NCBI GenBank assembly: GCA_964569695.1
Contig: CAZMUA010000014.1
Span: forward strand, 11,935 to 75,934
DNA from: an uncultured Woeseiaceae bacterium
GTDB taxonomy: Bacteria; Acidobacteriota; Vicinamibacteria; Vicinamibacterales; UBA823
Reading direction: 5' to 3'
Length of the DNA stretch: 64,000 nucleotides
A model generated the notes under the pieces. It was not told the origin of the DNA. It saw nothing but the letters and a program-made list of their open reading frames with translations, and made no database searches. Both the position numbers and the translations under genes were made by a program. Below, in pieces: positions 9,055 to 17,684 of the stretch; within the stretch, counting starts at the first letter, position 1; every line of letters begins with the position of its first letter.

Positions 9055-9510
9055 TTATTCAGTCGTTACAACCTTGTGGTCGAGACTGAAAGCGGATTTC
9101 AAAGTATGCCACGCTAGCACAGCACATTTCACACGTGCCGGGTATTCTCGTACACCGGCAAACACAGACAATTTGCCGAGCTGGTCCGTATTTGGTGATG
9201 TGTCACTGTCGGCTGTTACCATGCCCTGAAATCTTTCAAAGAGCGCTTCGATCTCTTTTAGGGACTTTCCTTTGATGCTTTCAGTCATCAATGAGGCCGA
9301 CGCTTTCGAAATAGCACATCCGGACCCATCGAATCGGACGTCGCGTATCACTTCGCCGTCGAATCGTAAATAAAGCGTCAGCTTGTCGCCACACAGTGGG
9401 TTGTACCCTTCAGCAGTTCGATCGGCCTCTTCCAGAACACCAAAATTTCTCGGTCGCTTATTGTGATCAAGAATGACTTCTTGGTACAGGTCGCGCAGAT
9501 CTAGGTTCAC
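9055..9510 (-). CDS. sufU: SUF sulfur-transfer/scaffold protein SufU (NifU/IscU-like)
   Basis: Conserved Cys motifs NPLCGD, GSGCAISKAS and KCAVLAW. It shows 4-nt overlap coupling with sufS. Confidence 0.85.
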   Translation of the reverse strand: MNLDLRDLYQEVILDHNKRPRNFGVLEEADRTAEGYNPLCGDKLTLYLRFDGEVIRDVRFDGSGCAISKASASLMTESIKGKSLKEIEALFERFQGMVTADSDTSPNTDQLGKLSVFAGVREYPARVKCAVLAWHTLKSAFSLDHKVVTTE

Positions 9511-10757
9511 GCAAACACCCCACGTGCTTTTTCAAGCGCCTTCACCAGTGCATCTATCTCATCCCGCGTGTTATACATCGCAATCGACGCCCGTGCTGTC
9601 GCTGCAACACTAAAACGATCCATAACTGGCTGCGTGCAATGGTGACCAGTACGAATTGCAACGCCTTCTTGATCCACGATGGTTCCGATGTCATGAGGGT
9701 GGACGCCGTCGAGCACAAACGACAGGATACTCGCTTTCTCGCGCGCTGTGCCAATCATGCGGAGTCCTTTAATATTTGTTAATGCCTCAGTTCCGTAGGC
9801 GAGTAATTTTCGCTCGTGTGCAGCGATTGCGTCCAAACCAATGTTGTTGATATATTCGATTGCGGCCCCTAAACCAATCGCGCCAGCGATGTGAGGTGTC
9901 CCCGCCTCGAATTTGTGCGGTAATTCGCTATAGGTAGTTTTTGCAAAGGTAACTGAATTGATCATGTCACCACCACCTTGGTAGGGCGGCATGGTATCTA
10001 AGAGTTCCTTCTTGCCGTACAGGGCTCCAATTCCAGTGGGGCCATATATTTTATGACCGGTTAACACAAAGAAGTCACAATCCAGCGCTTGTACGTCAAT
10101 AGGCATGTGGTACGCGGACTGAGCACCATCGACCAGCACCGGAATATCCTGTTGATGTGCCAGGTCGATAATCTTCTTGACCGGATTGATCGTTCCGAGC
10201 GAATTCGAAAGATGGACAACCGACACCAACTTCGTGCGTGGGCTAAGTAACGCTGCAAGCTCGTCCAGTTGAAGTTCACCGGCGTCATCGATTGGTGCGA
10301 CGCGCAGGTAAGCGCCCGTCTGTTCGCAGAGCAGTTGCCATGGCACGATGTTAGAGTGATGCTCCATAGTCGTGATGACGATTTCATCTTTGGGTTTTAC
10401 GTGCTGACGCCCGTAGGTTTGGGCAATGAGATTAATACCCTCAGTTGCATTACGGGTGAAGATAATCTCGCTCGATGATCGTGCGTTTAAAAAACGTTGC
10501 ACCGCTGTTCGCGCCGTGTCATGCGATTTTGTTGAATACTCACTCAAGTAGTGGACGCCGCGGTGAATATTGGCATTCTCTGTGCTGTAGTAGCGATTTA
10601 GGACATCAATGACAGACTGAGGCTTTTGTGTGGTAGCGGCATTGTCCAGATAGACTAATTGCTGCCCATGCACTTCCCGCTCCAAGATCGGAAAATCAGC
10701 GCGGACGCGTTCAACATCAAATACTGAAGTCGTAGACGCACTCTTACGAGGATTCAC
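9507..10757 (-). CDS. sufS: Cysteine desulfurase SufS (class V PLP)
   Basis: Has the PLP-lysine context FFVLTGHKIYGPTGIGALYGK and the active-site loop RTGHHCTQP. Length and operon position fit SufS. Confidence 0.95.
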   Translation of the reverse strand: MNPRKSASTTSVFDVERVRADFPILEREVHGQQLVYLDNAATTQKPQSVIDVLNRYYSTENANIHRGVHYLSEYSTKSHDTARTAVQRFLNARSSSEIIFTRNATEGINLIAQTYGRQHVKPKDEIVITTMEHHSNIVPWQLLCEQTGAYLRVAPIDDAGELQLDELAALLSPRTKLVSVVHLSNSLGTINPVKKIIDLAHQQDIPVLVDGAQSAYHMPIDVQALDCDFFVLTGHKIYGPTGIGALYGKKELLDTMPPYQGGGDMINSVTFAKTTYSELPHKFEAGTPHIAGAIGLGAAIEYINNIGLDAIAAHERKLLAYGTEALTNIKGLRMIGTAREKASILSFVLDGVHPHDIGTIVDQEGVAIRTGHHCTQPVMDRFSVAATARASIAMYNTRDEIDALVKALEKARGVFA

Positions 10758-12097
10758 GCGCTCGCCTCCAAGCCTGTCATGGGCAATTGTTTCAGTAAGG
10801 CGGTCTCCAAATAAGCGCGAAGAGAGTCGAGCGAAATGCGGCTTAGCACATCGTTGGCAAAGGCATGAATCAAGACGCGGCGGGCTTGGGCTTCGTCAAG
10901 GCCTCGTGCACGAAGATAGAACAGTGCATCGTCAGCCAGTTGCCCAATGGTCGCGCCGTGTGTGCACTTGACATCATCTGCGAAGATTTCCAATTCGGGT
11001 TTCGTATTAATTTGCGCATCGTCGGAGAGGAGCAGCGCCTGATTTGTTTGCTTGGCATCAGTTTTTTGGGCATCAATGCGAACGATAATCTTGCCGTTAA
11101 AAACTGACCGTCCGTGACCGTTTAGCACTCCCTTGTAAAGTTCATGACTGTTACAGTGCGGCACGGCGTGATCTATCGTCGTGTGACTATCGACGAGTTG
11201 GTCGCTGTTAGCCAGATAAAGCCCGTTTAACGTACATTCGGCGCCTTCCCCTCTCAGGAGCGCGCCGATGTCATTTCTAACAAGATTCCCCCCCAGCGTC
11301 ACGGAAGTGGACCTCGTTGTGCTATCCCGTCCAAGTCGAAGATTTGAGCTGGCAACATGATAAGCAGCCAGATTTTCTGACAGCACCTTGTAGTGCTCCA
11401 AGGTGCTACCTGGACCGATATCAATTTCAGTGACGGCATTGGTGAAGTGCGGAGAATCGTTTACGCTGACGTATTCCTCAATCACCGCCGACCGACTATT
11501 TTCACCAAGCACAACGAGCACACGCGGGTAGGTTGCCGCAGCTTTGCTTGGGGCGGTCGATATGAAGAGTAAGTGAATCGGTTCGTTCAAGGTCGTGTTG
11601 TTTGGTGTCGATACAAAGGCGCCATCCTGCCACAGTGCCGTGTTCAGTGCTGGAAAGGCACGGTCGCGGTATGAGGTGAGTCGGCTCAGATGTGGTTCCA
11701 GCTGCACCGATTTTTTAGTCAGTGCATGACGTAAATTTTCCACGGTGACACCAGTCTGTGTTGCTCCATCGGTGTTCGATAGCGCTGGTGCAAACCGACC
11801 ATTCACAAAAACCAGTCGCGGGCCTGAGAGAGTCGAGAGGGAGAATGCCTCAAATTGTGCAGCGCTGATTGTAGCTTCGTCAGCGAGTTCGAATTGAGAT
11901 TTGGCAATTCGCTCCACATTGGTGAATCGCCAGTCTTCTAAGCGAGTCGTTGGAAACCCCAACTGACTAAAGCGTGTCATTGCCTCTTGACGCATCTGCC
12001 GCACGCTCGCTGGTACGTCAGTGACTTCCCGAGTGCTCTGCAGCAACTCGAACTGAGCGAGGTACGTATCTAGATTGACGGACGTTTCTGTTGACAC
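10754..12097 (-). CDS. sufD: Fe-S cluster assembly protein SufD
   Basis: The C-terminal SufD signature is KCTHGATIGQLADDALFYLRARGL. It lies between sufC and sufS. Confidence 0.9.
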   Translation of the reverse strand: MSTETSVNLDTYLAQFELLQSTREVTDVPASVRQMRQEAMTRFSQLGFPTTRLEDWRFTNVERIAKSQFELADEATISAAQFEAFSLSTLSGPRLVFVNGRFAPALSNTDGATQTGVTVENLRHALTKKSVQLEPHLSRLTSYRDRAFPALNTALWQDGAFVSTPNNTTLNEPIHLLFISTAPSKAAATYPRVLVVLGENSRSAVIEEYVSVNDSPHFTNAVTEIDIGPGSTLEHYKVLSENLAAYHVASSNLRLGRDSTTRSTSVTLGGNLVRNDIGALLRGEGAECTLNGLYLANSDQLVDSHTTIDHAVPHCNSHELYKGVLNGHGRSVFNGKIIVRIDAQKTDAKQTNQALLLSDDAQINTKPELEIFADDVKCTHGATIGQLADDALFYLRARGLDEAQARRVLIHAFANDVLSRISLDSLRAYLETALLKQLPMTGLEASA

Positions 12098-12102
12098 GGT
12101 CC

Positions 12103-12864
12103 CTAAACTCCTATTTCTGCTGCCTCATTTGTGATCCAACCATAGCCCTTTTCTTCTAATTCAAGCGCCAGTTCTTTTTTGCCAGATTTCACAATGCGGC
12201 CACCCGAGAGGACGTGCACAAAGTCTGGAATGATGTAGTTAAGGAGTCGCTGGTAGTGTGTTACGACAATAATCGATCGAGAGGGATCACGTAGCGCATT
12301 AACTCCTTCCGCTACAATCTTGAGTGCATCAATATCAAGCCCAGAATCAGTTTCGTCCAGCAACGCCAAGGTGGGCTCTAGCACCGCCATTTGGAAAATC
12401 TCATTCCGCTTTTTCTCACCACCCGAAAAACCTTCATTGACCGGTCGATTTAGTAAAGAGGAGTCCATCGCAAGCAACTCAAGTTTTTTTTGCACCAGTT
12501 CCATAAATTCGATGGCGTCAAGTTCGGATTCTCCACGATGCTTTCGAACCTCATTCAAGGCTGCCTTTATTAGATACGCGTTGTTGACCCCAGGGATCTC
12601 AACAGGATACTGAAAAGCTAAGAAGATACCTTCACGTGCTCGTTCTTCTGGTTCCAGGTCTAGAAGGTTCTTACCTTGGTAGCGCACTTTTCCGGCCGTT
12701 ACTTGAAAATCTGGTTTTCCTGACAACACGCCGGCAAGCGTACTCTTTCCCGAACCGTTGGGACCCATAATGGCGTGAACTTGGCCAGCACCAACTTGTA
12801 GGTCGATACCTTTTAGAATCTCTTTGTCGCCTACGCTGACCCGCAGACCGTTAATCTCCAACAT
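12103..12864 (-). CDS. sufC: Fe-S cluster assembly ATPase SufC
   Basis: Walker A is GPNGSGKST, the ABC signature is FSGGEKKR, and Walker B is LALLDETDSGLD. Confidence 0.95.
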   Translation of the reverse strand: MLEINGLRVSVGDKEILKGIDLQVGAGQVHAIMGPNGSGKSTLAGVLSGKPDFQVTAGKVRYQGKNLLDLEPEERAREGIFLAFQYPVEIPGVNNAYLIKAALNEVRKHRGESELDAIEFMELVQKKLELLAMDSSLLNRPVNEGFSGGEKKRNEIFQMAVLEPTLALLDETDSGLDIDALKIVAEGVNALRDPSRSIIVVTHYQRLLNYIIPDFVHVLSGGRIVKSGKKELALELEEKGYGWITNEAAEIGV

Positions 12865-12892
12865 CGTATTTCCCTTCGTTCTTTGTCGTTAC

Positions 12893-12910
12893 CTGATCAC
12901 ACGTGATCAG
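12893..12910. repeat. Inverted repeat CTGATCAC-AC-GTGATCAG in the 125-nt sufB-sufC spacer
   Basis: Read directly from the sequence: 8-bp arms with a 2-nt centre. As RNA this gives a 7-bp stem with a 4-nt loop. Confidence 0.6.
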
Positions 12911-12989
12911 AACTTACAGAAAAGTTTTAGAGTAAGCGGCGCTTCGTGCTGGTTCTGCGCTGATATGTCAATGAGTTGTGGGATGGCTG

Positions 12990-14435
12990 CTAACCAACGC
13001 TACCTTCCAGAGTTACACCCAGCAATTTCTGAGCCTCGACGGCGAATTCCATAGGGAGTTCTCGAAAGACTTCCTTGCAGAAGCCGTTGACAATCATATT
13101 TACTGCATCCTCTGTCGAAAGACCACGCTGGCGGCAATAAAAGATCTGGTCTTCCCCAATCTTCGAAGTCGAGGCTTCGTGTTCTACCTGAGAGGAAGTA
13201 TTACGCACTTCAAGGTAAGGAAATGTATGTGCACCGCATTGATCGCCGATGAGTAACGAGTCGCACTGCGAGTAATTCCGTGCCTGTTTTGCACCCTTAC
13301 CAATTCTCACCAACCCGCGATAGGTGTTTTGACCATGTCCAGCTGAAATGCCCTTCGACACAATCGTGCTTCGGGTATTGCGACCTATATGAACCATTTT
13401 TGTGCCAGTGTCAGCCTGTTGCCGATTGTTAGTTACGGCGACTGAATAAAATTCCCCAATGGAGTTGTCGCCCTGCAAAATACAGCCGGGATATTTCCAG
13501 GTGATCGCCGACCCAGTCTCGACTTGAGTCCACGTGATCTTAGAATTTACACCACGCGCTACACCGCGCTTGGTCACAAAATTGTAAATTCCACCCTTGC
13601 CGTCTTTGTCGCCAGGATACCAATTTTGCACAGTCGAATACTTGACTGTCGCGTCGTCTAGCGCGACGAGCTCCACGACAGCAGCATGCAGTTGATTTTC
13701 GTCACGCATTGGGGCTGTGCACCCTTCCAGATAGCTGACGGAGGCGCCTTCATCAGCGACGATCAATGTCCGTTCGAATTGCCCTGTCGAAGCCGCATTG
13801 ATCCGGAAGTAGGTCGACAGCTCCATCGGACAGCGAACACCCTTTGGAATGTATGCAAAGGACCCATCGCTGAATACGGCCGAATTCAGCGTCGCAAAAA
13901 AATTGTCTGAATAGGGGACAACAGAGCCCAAATAGGTTCGAACAAGATCGGGATGCTCACGAACAGCTTCTGAAAATGAGCAGAAAATGATGCCCATTTC
14001 GGCAAGTTTCTCACGAAAAGTTGTCGCGACCGAAACGCTATCAAACACTGCGTCGACCGCGACACCAGCAAGCATTTTCTGTTCTTCGATTGGGATGCCG
14101 AGCTTTTCAAAGGTGCTTCGAATCTCTGGGTCTACCTCGTCCATGCTTTTTAGTGTCGGCTTCTTCTTTGGCGCCGAATAGTAACTAATGGCTTGGTAAT
14201 CGATTTTGTTATAGGTAACATTTGGCCACTCCGGTTCTACCATTGTCGTCCACAGCCGATAGGCTTTGAGCCGCCAGTCGAGTAGCCATTCCGGCTCACC
14301 TTTTTTGTCCGAGATGAGTCTAACGACATCCTCGTTGAGTCCTTTGGGAATAGTGTCGGAGTCGACATCAGTTACGAAACCGTATTTGTAGTCTTGCTCC
14401 GTAATTTTTTCGACGGTTCGCGCTGCCGTAGTCAT
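12990..14435 (-). CDS. sufB: Fe-S cluster assembly scaffold SufB
   Basis: Typical SufB length and C-terminus ([37 protein letters not shown]). It is the first gene of the operon. Confidence 0.95.
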   Translation of the reverse strand: MTTAARTVEKITEQDYKYGFVTDVDSDTIPKGLNEDVVRLISDKKGEPEWLLDWRLKAYRLWTTMVEPEWPNVTYNKIDYQAISYYSAPKKKPTLKSMDEVDPEIRSTFEKLGIPIEEQKMLAGVAVDAVFDSVSVATTFREKLAEMGIIFCSFSEAVREHPDLVRTYLGSVVPYSDNFFATLNSAVFSDGSFAYIPKGVRCPMELSTYFRINAASTGQFERTLIVADEGASVSYLEGCTAPMRDENQLHAAVVELVALDDATVKYSTVQNWYPGDKDGKGGIYNFVTKRGVARGVNSKITWTQVETGSAITWKYPGCILQGDNSIGEFYSVAVTNNRQQADTGTKMVHIGRNTRSTIVSKGISAGHGQNTYRGLVRIGKGAKQARNYSQCDSLLIGDQCGAHTFPYLEVRNTSSQVEHEASTSKIGEDQIFYCRQRGLSTEDAVNMIVNGFCKEVFRELPMEFAVEAQKLLGVTLEGSVG

Positions 14436-14509
14436 GACCTGCCTCGGTCTCCTACCTTTAAAGACTTAATCCAGAGATTTCGAGTTTTTTGCTCAGAATC
14501 TTCGAAATA

Positions 14510-14523
14510 TTAAGAATTCTTAA
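14510..14523. promoter_or_regulatory. Perfect 14-bp palindrome TTAAGAATTCTTAA in the suf leader (candidate operator)
   Basis: It lies 27-40 nt downstream of the predicted -10 and 75 nt upstream of the sufB ATG. A flanking 7-bp inverted repeat is ATTTCGA (14477-14483) / TCGAAAT (14502-14508). Confidence 0.3.
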
Positions 14524-14549
14524 CCACGACCTTTTCGGTCGCATATAAC

Positions 14550-14578
14550 TTTATACCACGCTCTCTAAATGGTTGCAA
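14550..14578 (-). promoter_or_regulatory. Sigma70-type promoter of the suf operon
   Basis: The minus strand reads TTGCAA-N17-TATAAA, with -35 at 14578-14573 and -10 at 14555-14550. It lies 115 nt upstream of the sufB ATG. Confidence 0.5.
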
Positions 14579-14626
14579 ATAACTGTTTTCATTGAGGATG
14601 TCAGTTCAGGACCAGTGCAAAAGGCG

Positions 14627-16327
14627 TTAGCTTGACACCGGTTTCTTAGAAGGCTGAAACGCGCTAATTGCAATGCCAACCAAAAACACCGCGATAGCAC
14701 CAACGACATTAAGCCACAAGAAAGAAACTTCTGAGGTTAGCGCAACGGCTGTTACGGAAGTCATACCGCCAATTAATCCCCAAAAAGCGCCTCTTGCGGT
14801 CGCCCAGCGGACAAGAATTGCCAACATAAAAACACCTAATAAAGAACCATAAAAGAACGATCCAAATCGGTTAACGACTTCGATAAGCGTGCCTAGATTT
14901 ACTGCGTACATGGCGATAATGGATGCGGTCAAACCCCAGAAGCCAGTTGTCATCTTTGAGACTTTCATATAGTGCTCATCGGAGGCTTCCCGTCGAAAGT
15001 GCCGGCGATAGAAGTCGATCACGGTTGCAGTTGAGAGTGAATTTAGTTCAGCAGCAATACTTGACATGGCGGCCGCCAGAATTGCAGCAATAATTAATCC
15101 AACCACGCCAATGGGAAGCTGTGTTGTTACAAAGGTGGGAAATACGTAATTCACATCCGAATAAGAACGGTCGCCGGTCACTTCAATGACGAGTGCTCTT
15201 GCATCGTCCCGGATGTGACTAAGTTCTAGGTCGCGCTTTTGAAATAACGCATCGGCAGCCTCTATACCATTCGTGTCTGGCATTCGTCGTGCGGCTGCAG
15301 CGGCACGTGCGGCTTCACGTCGATCATTGAAGGCCTGTAAAAAATTACTATTCAGTTCTTCGTACTCTGCCATCTGAGGACTTGATCGCATTTCCTGGTC
15401 GTGGACGGTGTTAAACAACATGGGTGGAGCATTGAACAGGTAAAAAGTGAATACCAAGACGCCGGTAAGCAGAATCAGGGCCTGAAGTGGAATTTTCGCG
15501 AACGCACTTAGCATTAATGATTGTCTGCCTGCTGTGACTGATTGGGCTGTCAAATAACGTTGAACCTGGCTCTGGTCGCAGCCAAAGTAGCCCAGCATAA
15601 GAAATAAACCACCAATCATGCCTGACCATACGGTGTAGGTTTCGTTTAGGTCGAATGTAAACTCAAGCGTCAAGAGGCGACCCGTAGTGCCCGCGACGTG
15701 CAATGCCTCGCCAACGCCTATTTCGTCCGGCAAGCCCATAACAAGCCCGACGATTGCGGCGGCTAAGCCAGCGACGATGATCACCATCTGCTTAACGTCG
15801 GTCCAAGTTACCGCTTGTACGCCGCCGAACATTGTGTATATCGTTGTTGGTAAACCGATCGCTAGAATGGTAATGGTCAGATTTAGATTGAGAATGATCG
15901 ATAAAATGACTGCCGGAGCGGCAATAACCACTCCAGCTTGCAAGCCGCGTGACAGCAGAAACAGTAAACTTGCGAGCGTGCGAGTGCGGACGTCGAATCG
16001 ACGCTCCAGATATTCGTAAGCCGTATAGACATTAGCGCGATAGAAGAATGGTACCAGCGTCACCGAGAGAATAATCATGGCGACTGGTAGGCCAAAGTAG
16101 AACTGCACGAATCGCATACCGTCGGTGTAGCCTTGTCCGGTGGTTCCAACCAGAGTGATGGCGCTCATTTGGGTGGCCATTACGGTTAGCCCCACGGCCC
16201 ACCAAGGCAAAGACCGATTGGCGAGGAAATATCCTCTAACGGCGTTGAGACCTTTGGAACGTTTCAAGCCGTCGGAGACGATCCAAATGAGGTAGATCGT
16301 TATAATAAGCCAATCAATGAAGTGCAT
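14627..16327 (-). CDS. Sodium:solute symporter (SSS) family transporter
   Basis: About 13 hydrophobic segments, with an SSS-like N-terminal region ([35 protein letters not shown]). An unusual hydrophilic loop of about 90 aa (residues ~310-400) sits in the middle. Confidence 0.85.
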   Translation of the reverse strand: MHFIDWLIITIYLIWIVSDGLKRSKGLNAVRGYFLANRSLPWWAVGLTVMATQMSAITLVGTTGQGYTDGMRFVQFYFGLPVAMIILSVTLVPFFYRANVYTAYEYLERRFDVRTRTLASLLFLLSRGLQAGVVIAAPAVILSIILNLNLTITILAIGLPTTIYTMFGGVQAVTWTDVKQMVIIVAGLAAAIVGLVMGLPDEIGVGEALHVAGTTGRLLTLEFTFDLNETYTVWSGMIGGLFLMLGYFGCDQSQVQRYLTAQSVTAGRQSLMLSAFAKIPLQALILLTGVLVFTFYLFNAPPMLFNTVHDQEMRSSPQMAEYEELNSNFLQAFNDRREAARAAAAARRMPDTNGIEAADALFQKRDLELSHIRDDARALVIEVTGDRSYSDVNYVFPTFVTTQLPIGVVGLIIAAILAAAMSSIAAELNSLSTATVIDFYRRHFRREASDEHYMKVSKMTTGFWGLTASIIAMYAVNLGTLIEVVNRFGSFFYGSLLGVFMLAILVRWATARGAFWGLIGGMTSVTAVALTSEVSFLWLNVVGAIAVFLVGIAISAFQPSKKPVSS

Positions 16328-16349
16328 GTGTAGTTCTGAAAGCTGGGGA

Positions 16350-16541
16350 TCAGGAGCTAAAATAACGACTCAAAAACCAGAGACAGGCTAGGACGATTAT
16401 TTCCAAAATCAAAACCGCCAAGTAGGTTCGCCCCATTGGGGAGTCGTCGGTTTCGTTGTTACCAAGAATCACTGTTGGAGTGGTTCCGGTGTGTCCATCC
16501 ATTTCTTGGGCCGGAGTGTGATTCACAGATGGTTGCTCCAA
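16350..16541 (-). CDS. Small single-pass membrane protein upstream of the symporter (possible accessory subunit)
   Basis: 63-aa ORF with a C-terminal TM segment, [19 protein letters not shown]. Its stop is 22 nt before the symporter ATG. The start is uncertain (internal Met candidates exist). Confidence 0.4.
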   Translation of the reverse strand: MEQPSVNHTPAQEMDGHTGTTPTVILGNNETDDSPMGRTYLAVLILEIIVLACLWFLSRYFSS

Positions 16542-16664
16542 TTACCTTAAAATGCTTCAACCGCGACTGACACATGAGAAGTATACTCCTGCCGGTTCGG
16601 CGTGCATTCGTCAACCCCAGGAAATATTATCTCGTTCAACCATATCTATCCCTAGAGACACCAT

Positions 16665-17405
16665 TTGGACACAATGGGACATAGGATAAATGCCATGATC
16701 GCAAGTGTATTTCCAACCGCACGTTTGTCCTCGACCAAGATGGCTCTCAGTGTTGTGATATTGGGGATACTGGTCGTCATTGGAAGAGAATTCGGTGGTT
16801 ACCTGCCGCGTTTTCTACTGTGGATCGACACGCTGGGCGTCTGGGCCCCCGTTACCTTTGTCTTGGCCTACGTTGCGGCTACGCTTACATTTGTACCTGG
16901 CTCACTCCTGACCATGACAGCTGGTGCAGTATTCGGGCTGGTTGAAGGCACTTTCTATACGTTCGTCGGTGCAACGATCGGGTCAGCCCTTGCCTTTCTC
17001 ACTGCACGCTATCTCGCACGAGACGCAATTCAGCGTCGCCTCGTTCGCTATCCAAAATTTGCTGCAATCGACAAAGCGGTGGGTCTTGAAGGTTTTAAGA
17101 TTGTCCTGCTGCTCCGCTTGTCGCCCGTGTTTCCGTTCAACTTCCTCAACTACGCTCTAGGACTGACGACCGTCACCTTTCGGGCCTACCTGCTTGGCGC
17201 TATCGGGATGTTGCCGGGTTCGGCGGTTTATGCCTATTACGGGATGCTTGCCGGTGATGTTTTCGCCTTGGCAGGTGGTGTTCCGAGTAACTCAGGGGTT
17301 AGCTACTACGTTACAATGGTCCTCGGCTTGGTTGCGACTGTGCTGGTGACAATGGTCATAATACAAGCTGCAAGACGGGCGCTGCGAAACAGCATGACTT
17401 CTTGA
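16665..17405 (+). CDS. TVP38/TMEM64 (DedA-related, SNARE-associated) membrane protein
   Basis: FVPGSLLTMTAGAVFG...GATIGSALAFLTARYLARD...LLLRLSPVFPFNFLNYALGLT is typical of the family. The start is ambiguous (TTG 16665, ATG 16674 or ATG 16695). Confidence 0.8.
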   Translation: MDTMGHRINAMIASVFPTARLSSTKMALSVVILGILVVIGREFGGYLPRFLLWIDTLGVWAPVTFVLAYVAATLTFVPGSLLTMTAGAVFGLVEGTFYTFVGATIGSALAFLTARYLARDAIQRRLVRYPKFAAIDKAVGLEGFKIVLLLRLSPVFPFNFLNYALGLTTVTFRAYLLGAIGMLPGSAVYAYYGMLAGDVFALAGGVPSNSGVSYYVTMVLGLVATVLVTMVIIQAARRALRNSMTS

Positions 17406-17488
17406 GTAAGCCGCCTGATTCGGAACATCAGGATATTGGCCCACACTAATTCCTGGCCCCCCCGCCTGGCTTTAAAGCCCTCAAAGGC

Positions 17489-17517
17489 TTGCACGCGCGC
17501 GCAACAGAGGCTAAAAT
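17489..17517 (+). promoter_or_regulatory. Sigma70-type promoter of the cytochrome oxidase cluster
   Basis: TTGCAC-N17-TAAAAT, 168 nt upstream of the subunit I start. Confidence 0.5.
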
Positions 17518-17564
17518 GCCGTGTCCATTAATTCGTGGAGTTGGTTGCTAAGGATTGAGGATGT

Positions 17565-17588
17565 TCGGACAGGCACCGCCCTGTCCGA
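17565..17588 (+). promoter_or_regulatory. 9-bp stem-loop in the oxidase 5' leader
   Basis: TCGGACAGG-CACCGC-CCTGTCCGA, with no T-run after it. TCGGAC recurs near 17655, so alternative pairing is possible. Confidence 0.3.
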
Positions 17589-17684
17589 GTGAATAGATTA
17601 AGCCGACTTCCATGTGAAATTCGGCGAAAAGATACCAACTGAATACTGCGGGATGCTGTCGGACTGAAACTAAGGAGCACGACG

